Source: a virus. From it: a stretch of 64,000 nucleotides of DNA. The stretch lies in IMG/VR virus record IMGVR_UViG_3300027749_000111, positions 2,373-66,372 of that record, one strand, 5' to 3'. Below the pieces are notes generated by a model. It was not told where the DNA came from. It made no database searches and was given only the letters and a program-made list of their open reading frames with translations. Shown in pieces: positions 9,419-17,371 of the stretch (positions within the stretch are counted from its first letter, which is position 1; every line of letters starts with the position of its first letter). The position numbers and the translations under genes are program-made.

Positions 9419-10129
9419 ATGTCATACGAAAACTTTGAAAACGAAATCAAGACTGCGGCAAATGACAGCACTTGGTTCAATGGTACGTCAGAAAGCATCC
9501 TTTTACGCCTTGACAGGCTTCAAGACCTTTTGGGCCGTGCACGGATGGCTGCTAGCACTCCTAACTTAAGCGATCGTGAACTAGAGCGCTACTCCAACAC
9601 AATCACTCAGCTGTCAACTGAAAAAGAACAATTGGAAAAGCTTGCAAGTGAATACGTTGACTTTGACGTTGAAGATTACCTTAATAGCCTTCCTGGCGGA
9701 ACAATTGCTAGAGAATACCGTGTTAGCAGCGCTGGAACCAGTGATTTGGGTGAAGATGATGGTAGTTTTCTGTATAGAACAGCTTCCAAGATTCAAGAAG
9801 AATACGAAGACAATGACTGGATTAGTTTTGTAACTGCTGGTGCTGAGGTTTGGGTTGAAGACCAAAACCATCATTTGCTCAAGAGTCAACTTAATACTCG
9901 TGAAGCTGCTGTCTACTACGTAGAACAAAAGACACTACCAATCCTTGATGTTATCAAGCGTGCTGCTATCATTGATAACTTTGTAGATAATGCAGAAATA
10001 TGCCGTCGTGCTAAAAACGATATTTCTAGCTTTCGCACTATGAAGAGTGCTAGTGCCAAGAAGCTGTCCAGCAACTTTGTTAAAGAAGCCCTGGACGACT
10101 CCTTTGGAGATAATATAAACTGGCTGTAA
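9419..10129 (+). CDS. Hypothetical coiled-coil protein, putative head-associated
   Basis: 236 aa; KTAA, RMAAS, KLAS, RTAS and KSAS motifs. Confidence 0.75.
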   Translation: MSYENFENEIKTAANDSTWFNGTSESILLRLDRLQDLLGRARMAASTPNLSDRELERYSNTITQLSTEKEQLEKLASEYVDFDVEDYLNSLPGGTIAREYRVSSAGTSDLGEDDGSFLYRTASKIQEEYEDNDWISFVTAGAEVWVEDQNHHLLKSQLNTREAAVYYVEQKTLPILDVIKRAAIIDNFVDNAEICRRAKNDISSFRTMKSASAKKLSSNFVKEALDDSFGDNINWL

Positions 10130-10130
10130 T

Positions 10131-10643
10131 ATGAAAGACAGTTTGTTTGGTTTCCGACTTGTTGGAGCCGTAGAAGATGACACCAAGCAAGAGGTATCTG
10201 CTGATACCAGTCTTGTTGGTGTACTCAAAAAAATGCTTGCTGAAGCATATGTTCTTTACCACACTATCCATGGATTTCATTGGAATGTAACTGGTAGCGA
10301 CTTCTATGAATATCACAAATTTTTTGATGAAATAGTAGATGATATTTATGAGCATATTGATCCTATTGCAGAAAATATACGCAAACTTGGTAGCAATACA
10401 CCATTTGTTATGAGCCAATTGGCTGATCTAAGTAGCATTGATGAAACTGATCTTGTCAGTAAGAACGCTTTAGAACTAACAAAAAAGTTTTATGATATGA
10501 ATGAACAATATATTGATCATATCAAGGATGCATTCAAAGTAGCTAACGATGCTAACGAACAAGGTGTTGCTAATTTTATTGCTGAGCGCATTGACATGCA
10601 CCAAAAATGGTCATGGTTCTTAAAAGCATCTCTGGAAAAGTAA
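10131..10643 (+). CDS. dps: Dps family ferritin-like DNA-protection protein
   Basis: HGFHWNVTG..FYEYHKFFDE...DPIAENIRKLG signature; C-terminal HQKWSWFL. Confidence 0.9.
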   Translation: MKDSLFGFRLVGAVEDDTKQEVSADTSLVGVLKKMLAEAYVLYHTIHGFHWNVTGSDFYEYHKFFDEIVDDIYEHIDPIAENIRKLGSNTPFVMSQLADLSSIDETDLVSKNALELTKKFYDMNEQYIDHIKDAFKVANDANEQGVANFIAERIDMHQKWSWFLKASLEK

Positions 10644-10885
10644 TGGACTCCACTTCAGATAACATTGCTAAAGTAGTAGCATTGCTTACCGCTATCACCA
10701 CTGAACAAGAAGATATTGCTTATCAAATGGTGTTAGAAATGGATCCTATTGAGTTGTTTAGTGCCCTTACTGGTGTACTATTGAGTGTTTTAAATAAATT
10801 ATCTGAAGCTAGTGGTCAAACAGTAGAATATTATTTGCAAGAATTAGGAAAACTCGCTGTACACATGAAACGCAATGACTACTAG
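10643..10885 (+). CDS. Hypothetical protein
   Basis: ATG overlaps the dps stop (TAATG). Confidence 0.65.
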   Translation: MDSTSDNIAKVVALLTAITTEQEDIAYQMVLEMDPIELFSALTGVLLSVLNKLSEASGQTVEYYLQELGKLAVHMKRNDY

Positions 10886-11186
10886 AATTAAAATAGATGA
10901 ATTGCCAGATGGTATTACTGTAAATGCTTATAGTAATAAAACAGTAAAGCTAGAATTCCAATCTGAGACTATAAACTCGAGTAAGTGCTCTAAATGTGAT
11001 ATAATATTTGAAAGCATTCTTGTCACTAATAATGGTAGGCATGATGGCATTATAACAACAGCAAATAATAATACAGCTGTTTGGAAAAATTCTATGCCAA
11101 AGGATCGCACTCGTTGCATAAAGATGTTAGATGAAATTTTAATGACAAAGCTTGACAAACACAATGAAAGGCATAATAATGATTAA
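10875..11186 (+). CDS. Hypothetical protein
   Basis: 103 aa, overlaps both neighbours, CxxC. Confidence 0.6.
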   Translation: MTTRIKIDELPDGITVNAYSNKTVKLEFQSETINSSKCSKCDIIFESILVTNNGRHDGIITTANNNTAVWKNSMPKDRTRCIKMLDEILMTKLDKHNERHNND

Positions 11187-11322
11187 GTATAGTACAACAC
11201 CAGGCAAAGATGCCAAGGCAATCACAAATAGCCCAACTGCCCCCATCAAAACAAAGGGTGGAGGAGCTGAAGCAGCAGATGCCTTGGACGTTGATTCAGA
11301 TGGTGAAAACGCAACAGATTAA
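11179..11322 (+). CDS. Small hypothetical protein (47 aa)
   Basis: Manual ORF MIKYSTTPGKDAK...DGENATD fills the gap. Confidence 0.5.
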   Translation: MIKYSTTPGKDAKAITNSPTAPIKTKGGGAEAADALDVDSDGENATD

Positions 11323-11330
11323 GGATAAAA

Positions 11331-12164
11331 GTGTCAGAAGACCAGCCAGTAGTACACATTGTAATTCCTGATACTCAGGCTAAAGATGGTGTGCCAACCG
11401 AGCACCTAACTTGGATCGGTCAATACATTGTTGATGAGTACCACAACAAGAACATCAAGATAATTCACCTTGGTGACCATGCAGACATGCCATCATTGTC
11501 AATGTATGACAAGGGCAAGAAAAGTATGGAAGGTCGTCGTGTTAAAGCAGACATTGAAGCTGCTAACGAGGCGTGGCGAATTCTTAACCAGCCTATATAT
11601 GATTACAATGACAATCGTCGTAAAACAAAGCACAGTATTTGGAATCCAGAACGTCATATTCTCATTGGCAATCATGAAGACCGTATCAACCGTGCTACAG
11701 AAAATGATGCGCAGATTGATGGTTTGTTCTCTATAGAAGATCTTGATTACGAACGTACTGGTTGGAAAGTATCTGATTTTAAGCAAGTTTTGTGGCTTGA
11801 TGGCGTGGCTTATAGTCATTACTTCTATAACCCAATGAGTGGCGTGCCATATGGTGGCAATGCCGATAATAGACTCAAGACCATCGGCCACTCTTTTACA
11901 ATGGGCCATCAACAAACATTGATGTATGGTCTGCGTTTTGTTGCTGGTAAAAGCCAACATGGTTTGATAGCTGGTGCATGCTATTTGCATGATGAAGAAT
12001 ACAAAGGCCCACAAGGCAATGCTCACTGGCGCGGCATCATTGTCAAGCATCAAGTGCATGATGGTAGTTATGATCCAATGTTTGTTAGTCTTGATTATTT
12101 GTGTCGACGCTATGAGAATATGAGTTTGGAGCGGTTTAAAAAGCTTAAGTATCCGCATATGTAG
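11331..12164 (+). CDS. Calcineurin-like metallophosphoesterase
   Basis: IPDTQ, HLGDHADM, GNHEDR, SHY and GHQQ motifs; GTG start with SD AAGGA. Confidence 0.85.
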   Translation: MSEDQPVVHIVIPDTQAKDGVPTEHLTWIGQYIVDEYHNKNIKIIHLGDHADMPSLSMYDKGKKSMEGRRVKADIEAANEAWRILNQPIYDYNDNRRKTKHSIWNPERHILIGNHEDRINRATENDAQIDGLFSIEDLDYERTGWKVSDFKQVLWLDGVAYSHYFYNPMSGVPYGGNADNRLKTIGHSFTMGHQQTLMYGLRFVAGKSQHGLIAGACYLHDEEYKGPQGNAHWRGIIVKHQVHDGSYDPMFVSLDYLCRRYENMSLERFKKLKYPHM

Positions 12165-12167
12165 TAT

Positions 12168-13169
12168 ATGGACGCTGCAAAAAACACTGGTCGCAAGAAC
12201 TTTAAATGTATCTTTAATGACTACATTACAAAGGACAACCGTGATGCTGTTATTCAGTCTATCATATCTCAATTTCAAGGGTACTTTGCCGATCCAGAAG
12301 TGACTGTTGTTGACAATGGGTTTATTCTGTCACTAACTACCACTGATGAGCTCAACCCAACATCCATACGTGACAAGATCCTTTGGAACCGTTTTATTGA
12401 ACGCGTAACCACTCAAGACAGCATCCGTAAGATTCAAATTCTTCGTTTACCACAGTCGTCCAATGGTTCAGTTGGTGGATTTGGTCCGCATGGAAGCGAT
12501 AGCGGTGTTGATGAAATTATGATTTTAGATGGCAAGCCAATTCCTCATATGGAATATAAAATAGACAATGCTGACCGTCCTGATGGACCCGCATTCATTG
12601 CCAGTGTAAAGTACGCTGACCCCACAAGCAATTTACTTCCTGTTATCTTTGGTCCTGGTGCAGAGTCTGGCAAGCCAGTTGACGAAGATCTTAAAAGTGA
12701 TATTACTGAAGTGGACAATGGTCCAAAGCGTGTTCTTGGCTTTCGAGTAATTGCTTTTGATAGTGATACTGGTGGATCTTTTACCATGACAAAAGGCAAT
12801 CAATATGGTGTTAGTATAGATGACACTCATGGATTAACAAGCACTAACGAAAGTCTTGCCATGTTGCCAAGGGGTACTTTTTTCAATACAGACATTGAAA
12901 ATGAACGGGGTTCTAGAACTGGTGTAGAAATAATGAAACGTAAAGATGAAACAACATCTGCACCATTGATTTTTGATGCTAGCAAAACTCTTACTAAAGA
13001 AGAAGAAGCTGAGACTGCTAGAAGTGCTGTTGAAATATCGCAATCAAAGGGTGGTGGCCAATCTGTGCCGGATGGTGGGCAAATAGAAGGTTGGTATGCT
13101 AGCAGTTTCTTTGGTCTGAATGAAACATACGATTATGTAGGGGATATAGACGATGATTACTTCATATAA
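12168..13169 (+). CDS. Hypothetical protein
   Basis: 333 aa; internal VKYAD and FRVIA motifs. Confidence 0.7.
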   Translation: MDAAKNTGRKNFKCIFNDYITKDNRDAVIQSIISQFQGYFADPEVTVVDNGFILSLTTTDELNPTSIRDKILWNRFIERVTTQDSIRKIQILRLPQSSNGSVGGFGPHGSDSGVDEIMILDGKPIPHMEYKIDNADRPDGPAFIASVKYADPTSNLLPVIFGPGAESGKPVDEDLKSDITEVDNGPKRVLGFRVIAFDSDTGGSFTMTKGNQYGVSIDDTHGLTSTNESLAMLPRGTFFNTDIENERGSRTGVEIMKRKDETTSAPLIFDASKTLTKEEEAETARSAVEISQSKGGGQSVPDGGQIEGWYASSFFGLNETYDYVGDIDDDYFI

Positions 13170-13701
13170 AGTATGCCCAGCTGGCAAAGAGGCTGATACC
13201 TACGCTCCTGGTGATTTTATTCTTGTATCAACAAAGGGTATTCTATCTAATATTATTAGGTTTGGTCAATTTATTAGATATCATGGTAAAATGAAAGCAT
13301 ACAGTCACTGGAACCATGCTGCAATGATTATTGATAAAGATGGTACAATTGTAGAAGCAGTTGGTCGTGGTGTTGTAACCAGTAATATCAATGAGTACAA
13401 GCACGTAGAATATTATTATGTCAGCAGCAAATTAAATGCTCAAAGTCGTAACCAAGCAGTTGCTGCCTGCAAGAGTTTTTTAAAAGATAAGTATGGATTT
13501 TTAACCATTGCCAGTATTACTTTAGAATTACTAACTGGTATTAAATTACAATTTACCAATAGCAATACCATGATTTGTAGTGCTGTAGTAGGGCAATCTC
13601 TTTGGGCAGGTGGTGTAATCTTTGATACTAACCCATACCAGATGATGCCAGCTGATCTTGCTGCTGCGTTCAAAATTGAATGTTTAGAAAGTATTGCATA
13701 A
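13153..13701 (+). CDS. Permuted papain-like NlpC/P60 enzyme (YiiX/YebB, C92-like)
   Basis: PGDFILV...WNHAAM...IVEA...ICSAVV, with His before Cys as in permuted NlpC/P60. Confidence 0.8.
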   Translation: MITSYKVCPAGKEADTYAPGDFILVSTKGILSNIIRFGQFIRYHGKMKAYSHWNHAAMIIDKDGTIVEAVGRGVVTSNINEYKHVEYYYVSSKLNAQSRNQAVAACKSFLKDKYGFLTIASITLELLTGIKLQFTNSNTMICSAVVGQSLWAGGVIFDTNPYQMMPADLAAAFKIECLESIA

Positions 13702-13714
13702 ATTCACTAAAGAC

Positions 13715-13743
13715 TTGACTTTCTGTTATATTACGTATAATGT
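13715..13743 (+). promoter_or_regulatory. SigA-like promoter, probably driving a leaderless mRNA
   Basis: TTGACT-N17-TAATGT (TATAAT overlaps). ATG lies 7 nt after the -10 element, with no SD. Confidence 0.55.
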
Positions 13744-13749
13744 AAGTTT

Positions 13750-13917
13750 ATGAAGAAAACAACCATTACCATCAGTTATGATGCCCGTGATATCCAGAGC
13801 GATGAGCTCGCAAGCAGTGAGATCAATGAAACAATTGCTGGTCTTTTAAATAGTTTGCGTACTCAAGTCAATGGTGTCCAGGTAACCGTAAAATTCCAGA
13901 ATACAAAGGATAATTAA
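13750..13917 (+). CDS. Small hypothetical protein (55 aa)
   Basis: Manual ORF MKKTTITISYDARDIQSDELAS...KDN. Confidence 0.6.
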   Translation: MKKTTITISYDARDIQSDELASSEINETIAGLLNSLRTQVNGVQVTVKFQNTKDN

Positions 13918-13919
13918 TC

Positions 13920-14321
13920 ATGTCATTAAACATTAACAAGCTATTTGAAACTACTGCTGTACGCAATGTAGTTCGTAGTGCCGTTGCTAGCGCTGTAGGA
14001 GCTGCTGTTGCATACGGTACTACCAAGTGGGCTAGTCTACAAACAAGCAACATTGCTTACTTGGCACCCACGTTTTCTACCGCATACTTTGCATTGGTTC
14101 ACTTGCTTGAGAAGAAGTACCCTAAGCTTGGTTGGCTACTTGTCCTTCTGCCAAAGTCAACACCAATCAACTTTGCTCCAAAGGTAGTTCCTGTTGCGCC
14201 AGTTGTACCTACACCAGCTCCTGCTGCTAAGCCCATTGTTAAAACTGATGCGCCCAAGGCTCCTGTTGCTAAGAAGGCTCCCGCTGCTAAGAAGGCTGCT
14301 CCAAAGAAGACTGGTAAGTAG
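13920..14321 (+). CDS. Holin-like membrane protein with Pro/Lys/Ala-rich tail
   Basis: Two hydrophobic helices, HLLEKKYPKLGWLL, then histone-like KKAPAAKK repeats. Confidence 0.6.
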   Translation: MSLNINKLFETTAVRNVVRSAVASAVGAAVAYGTTKWASLQTSNIAYLAPTFSTAYFALVHLLEKKYPKLGWLLVLLPKSTPINFAPKVVPVAPVVPTPAPAAKPIVKTDAPKAPVAKKAPAAKKAAPKKTGK

Positions 14322-14330
14322 CCAAGGTCT

Positions 14331-14402
14331 TGCTCGGTAACTCAGAGGCAGAGTACTCGCCTGTTAAGCGAAGTGTCGTAGGTTCGATCCCTACCCGAGC
14401 AG
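14331..14402 (+). tRNA. tRNA-Asn(GUU)
   Basis: Acceptor TGCTCGG/CCGAGCA; anticodon arm TCGC-CTGTTAA-GCGA; T arm GTAGG-TTCGATC-CCTAC; CCA not encoded. Confidence 0.9.
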
Positions 14403-14406
14403 CTAA

Positions 14407-14442
14407 TGGGAGATCGTCCAATGGCAGGACAACAGACTTTGA
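14407..14442 (+). pseudogene. 5' half (positions 1-37) of a disrupted tRNA-Gln(UUG)
   Basis: TGGGAGA-TC-GTCC-AATGGCA-GGAC-A-ACAGA-CT-TTG-A, then an abrupt break. Confidence 0.85.
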
Positions 14443-14515
14443 TGAGGGGTAGTTCAATTGGCAGAACGGCGGACTTTGAATCCGTAGGTTGAAGGTTCGA
14501 GTCCTTCCTCCTCAG
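14443..14515 (+). tRNA. tRNA-Gln(UUG), intact replacement copy
   Basis: Acceptor TGAGGGG/CTCCTCA; D arm GTTC/GAAC; anticodon GCGGA-CTTTGAA-TCCGT; T arm GAAGG-TTCGAGT-CCTTC. Confidence 0.92.
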
Positions 14516-14590
14516 CAAATTGTAAAAGATGTAAAATAGTCGTTGGAATAATATAGTCTTTGAATACAATAAAAAATTCAAAGGATCAAT

Positions 14591-14950
14591 ATGTCTAAAC
14601 AAGCATGGCGTGATAACAATAAAGATGCTGTTAATGAATACCAGCGTAAATTTTATGCTGAAAACAAAGAAAAACAACTTAAAAAAATATATGCGAATAG
14701 AGCTAAGCGTCGAGCAAGACTAAAAGAAACTATCAATAACATCAAGAATACACCATGTAAAGATTGTGGCAATATTTATCACCCTGAAGCAATGGATTTT
14801 GATCACCTTGGTAATAAAGAATTCAATATTGCAAATGCTATGAGAGATGTTAAGAATCTTGATAGAGTATTAAAAGAAGTAGAGAAATGTGATATTGTAT
14901 GTTCCAACTGTCATAGGGTTAGAACAGCAAAAAGAGCTGGTAGATCCTAG
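14591..14950 (+). CDS. HNH endonuclease
   Basis: CKDC...MDFDH...KCDIVCSNCHRVRT, preceded by a basic helical N-terminus; SD AAGGA. Confidence 0.9.
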   Translation: MSKQAWRDNNKDAVNEYQRKFYAENKEKQLKKIYANRAKRRARLKETINNIKNTPCKDCGNIYHPEAMDFDHLGNKEFNIANAMRDVKNLDRVLKEVEKCDIVCSNCHRVRTAKRAGRS

Positions 14951-14961
14951 TCTCCCAGCCA
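14944..14961 (+). pseudogene. 3' remnant of the disrupted tRNA-Gln (T-stem strand, acceptor strand, G, CCA)
   Basis: ATCCTAG-TCTCCCA-G-CCA; TCTCCCA is the perfect complement of TGGGAGA at 14407. Confidence 0.8.
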
Positions 14962-14962
14962 A

Positions 14963-15040
14963 CCGTCAGTAGCCAAGCTGGTGAAGGCCCTGAGCTTATA
15001 TCTCAGAGATACGTAGGTTCGAACCCTACCTGACGGACCA
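14963..15040 (+). tRNA. tRNA-Ile(UAU)
   Basis: Acceptor CCGTCAG/CTGACGG plus A-CCA; anticodon arm CTGAG-CTTATAT-CTCAG; T arm GTAGG-TTCGAAC-CCTAC. Confidence 0.88.
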
Positions 15041-15125
15041 TTTAAAATACACTGCAACTCACCTAGTAGATATAGGATCTTTCCTATATTGTCCAGCGCC
15101 CACAAGGCAGAATACGGAGAACACT

Positions 15126-15905
15126 ATGGCATCGATGTTTGACTACGATGATTCAGTTAACTTAGCTTACAATGCTAAGATTGCAGGCAAAAATTTGATT
15201 GCAGCAAAGCATGAGCTGCTTAATAAAACAGGTGAATTTTTGTTTCTTGCTCACAGTGACCGTGAGTTTGCTCTGCGCTGTCAAATGATTGAGCAGGACA
15301 TTGAGGGTGTGGCTTACCGCCGATTGGCCAGCCTCAGCGACAGCAAGGCCAAGTTGGTCCGTGCTGCCTTTGATGAGTGGCAGCTCCGTCACGCTTCTTG
15401 TGGTATGTGCAAGACAGCCAGCGACAGAATATCCCCTGAATGTAATGTCCCTGGTTGCAATAAATCTTCATTTGATGGCTATGTTTGCCCTACACATGGT
15501 GGTAAACCTCCAACTGATGAGCAACTCGCCGCTACAAGAAAAGTAATGCGAGACCGGGGCCTCCTTGGGGATAGCAAGACTACAATGGCTTCCAAGACAG
15601 CTGCTGGTCCTAAAGTGGTTGAAGTGCCTGCTCCTAATCGCCCAGTGGTTGAAGTGCCTGCTCCTAATCGCCCAGTGGTTGAAGTGCCTGCTCCTAATCG
15701 CCCAGTAGTTCAAGTACAACCTGTTAATCGCCAAGTGGTTGAAGTGCCTGGTCGCACACAAAAATTAGTTCCTGTTGTTCGGGGACAAAGCACACAAGTT
15801 CCTTCTCTAGACATGCACCATGATGCTTGTTCTCCTACCGGATGCCACCCTGAATGCCGCATAAAGCTCCCACCAACGGGTGTTCAAAGTCAGATTCATC
15901 TTTAA
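15126..15905 (+). CDS. Hypothetical protein, putative head-associated, with 10-aa repeats
   Basis: SD GGAG; KIAG, RLAS, KTAS and KTAA motifs; PVVEVPAPNR repeats. Confidence 0.8.
   Translation: MASMFDYDDSVNLAYNAKIAGKNLIAAKHELLNKTGEFLFLAHSDREFALRCQMIEQDIEGVAYRRLASLSDSKAKLVRAAFDEWQLRHASCGMCKTASDRISPECNVPGCNKSSFDGYVCPTHGGKPPTDEQLAATRKVMRDRGLLGDSKTTMASKTAAGPKVVEVPAPNRPVVEVPAPNRPVVEVPAPNRPVVQVQPVNRQVVEVPGRTQKLVPVVRGQSTQVPSLDMHHDACSPTGCHPECRIKLPPTGVQSQIHL
15615..15750 (+). repeat. 30-bp coding tandem repeat (3 exact, 1 degenerate, 1 partial)
   Basis: Unit GTGGTTGAAGTGCCTGCTCCTAATCGCCCA. Confidence 0.9.
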
Positions 15906-15932
15906 TAACCTAACCATAGTTAAAGAATAAAC

Positions 15933-17369
15933 ATGGCCAGGGTCTTTAATAGTAAAGGCATTGTCAAGAGTGCCACTTCGCATGAAGGCGAATCAGATCC
16001 AATCATCACGCCCCAAATGAATTCATTGTTTAGAAATGTTCATCCAGAGATACTAAAAGCTTCTATGCAACTTGTTATAGAAAACAGCCTTGAATCCAGC
16101 GAACAATCTCTAACAGAAGAACAAAAGAAATTGCTTGCAGAAGAACAAAAGAAATTGCTTGAAGGTTCTTCTAATATTGCTAATGAACGCAAGATTATTA
16201 AAGAACAAAAGAAAAGAAGAAAATTTTCTGCTGGCAAAATACAATATAATGCAGATGGTAGCTTCAACTTTGAGAATTCTTCGTACGATTCAGAAGATCC
16301 AGAAGAAGATATAGGAGATATAGAAAATCCTGGAAGCGACTTTGAAAGCCAAGGTCACACTATTTGGGATGATTGGGATGATAACCAAACAACCGATCTG
16401 CCTCCAACAAACACAATTTTTGTTGATCCAACATATGTACCTGATACTGTTTCAACCAACAAAGCATATCAAGTTAAAGAAGTTAAAGATTGTGATCAAT
16501 GCAGGGGTGTGATTGATTCAACGCTGAATAAAATACAAAAAGAAAAATATAAAAAATTATTTGGAATAACAGGCAAATGCAGGTGCAATGATACTGGAGA
16601 AGTTTGCAATCAATGTAGTAACAACCTTGTAATAGGCCAGGTATGTCCAAGCTGCCGCGTTGTTGGCACAGCACTACCCGGCACCGACACCCCGCTTGGT
16701 TTTATAGGAACACAACCACTTCCAAATGTATCTTGGAATACAACAGATTTTGCTTATACCGATGAAATGCTTACAAGGCAGGCCCCAACTTCAAATATCT
16801 CCGCAGCAGATACTAGAGTATCTGATAATAGTGCTAGAGCACAAGCAGCCTTTGGCAATCTTTTGTGGGATGACCCAACTTATGAACAAAACGAAACAGA
16901 ACAAGATTTTCCTAGTGAATCACCAGAAGAAAAACCAAATCCAAATGTAAAAGAACACGATAGCCCAATGGGTAGAGCTGATTTAGGTTGGACAGATACA
17001 GCTTCGCCAGGCAATCCTATGATGGAAAAAATACAAACTATTACACGACCAGCAAAAGAAAAGCATAAAGAAACATGTATTTGTGGTGGCACTGGTAGAA
17101 TCGATAGAGTTGATAGCAATCAAGCAAGAGCATTGATAAAAGATATAAAACTAAAAAATGCAAAGAAATTAGTTGAAATAAATTCTGAAGAAAATAGCAT
17201 CGAAAGATCCCGCAAATTAGAAGAACTATATGCTAATATATATGCATGCCCACACAACGAACCAAATAATTCTGTACAAAAAGATATAGTACCACCTAAA
17301 CTTGAATACACTCCCGACGACGATGACGACGACGATGAAGACGACGATGAAGACATGGATGAAGAATAA
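15933..17369 (+). CDS. Hypothetical acidic protein with CxxC/CxC Zn motifs
   Basis: 478 aa; CDQC, CNQC, CPSC, CICGGTG; poly-Asp tail. Confidence 0.75.
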   Translation: MARVFNSKGIVKSATSHEGESDPIITPQMNSLFRNVHPEILKASMQLVIENSLESSEQSLTEEQKKLLAEEQKKLLEGSSNIANERKIIKEQKKRRKFSAGKIQYNADGSFNFENSSYDSEDPEEDIGDIENPGSDFESQGHTIWDDWDDNQTTDLPPTNTIFVDPTYVPDTVSTNKAYQVKEVKDCDQCRGVIDSTLNKIQKEKYKKLFGITGKCRCNDTGEVCNQCSNNLVIGQVCPSCRVVGTALPGTDTPLGFIGTQPLPNVSWNTTDFAYTDEMLTRQAPTSNISAADTRVSDNSARAQAAFGNLLWDDPTYEQNETEQDFPSESPEEKPNPNVKEHDSPMGRADLGWTDTASPGNPMMEKIQTITRPAKEKHKETCICGGTGRIDRVDSNQARALIKDIKLKNAKKLVEINSEENSIERSRKLEELYANIYACPHNEPNNSVQKDIVPPKLEYTPDDDDDDDEDDDEDMDEE

Positions 17370-17371
17370 AC

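Larger units (their letters stand above)
14443..14950 (+). mobile_element. Putative homing cassette (tRNA-Gln + HNH) inserted into a tRNA-Gln gene
   Basis: Flanked by the 5' half (14407-14442) and the complementary 3' end (about 14944-14961) of one older tRNA-Gln. Confidence 0.75.

Noticed and set aside
11152-11180. TTGACA promoter candidate
   Set aside because: It lies inside a CDS, and the -10 match at proper spacing is weak (AATAAT) and overlaps the next start codon.
11499-12278. 259-aa antisense ORF (similarly 22873-23562 and 27878-28546)
   Set aside because: Each fully overlaps well-supported + strand genes in an almost unidirectional region.
14342-14677. Minus-strand 111-aa ORF
   Set aside because: It is the reverse complement of tRNA genes and the HNH start, a typical spurious translation.
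14407-14961. Self-splicing or archaeal-type tRNA intron at position 37/38
   Set aside because: The 3' exon lacks the anticodon 3' strand (TCTGT), the variable loop and the 5' T stem, so splicing could not rebuild a tRNA. No group I core is visible in the short non-coding part.
15615-15750. Possible CRISPR array
   Set aside because: The repeats are head-to-tail without spacers, in frame within a CDS, and no cas genes are present.
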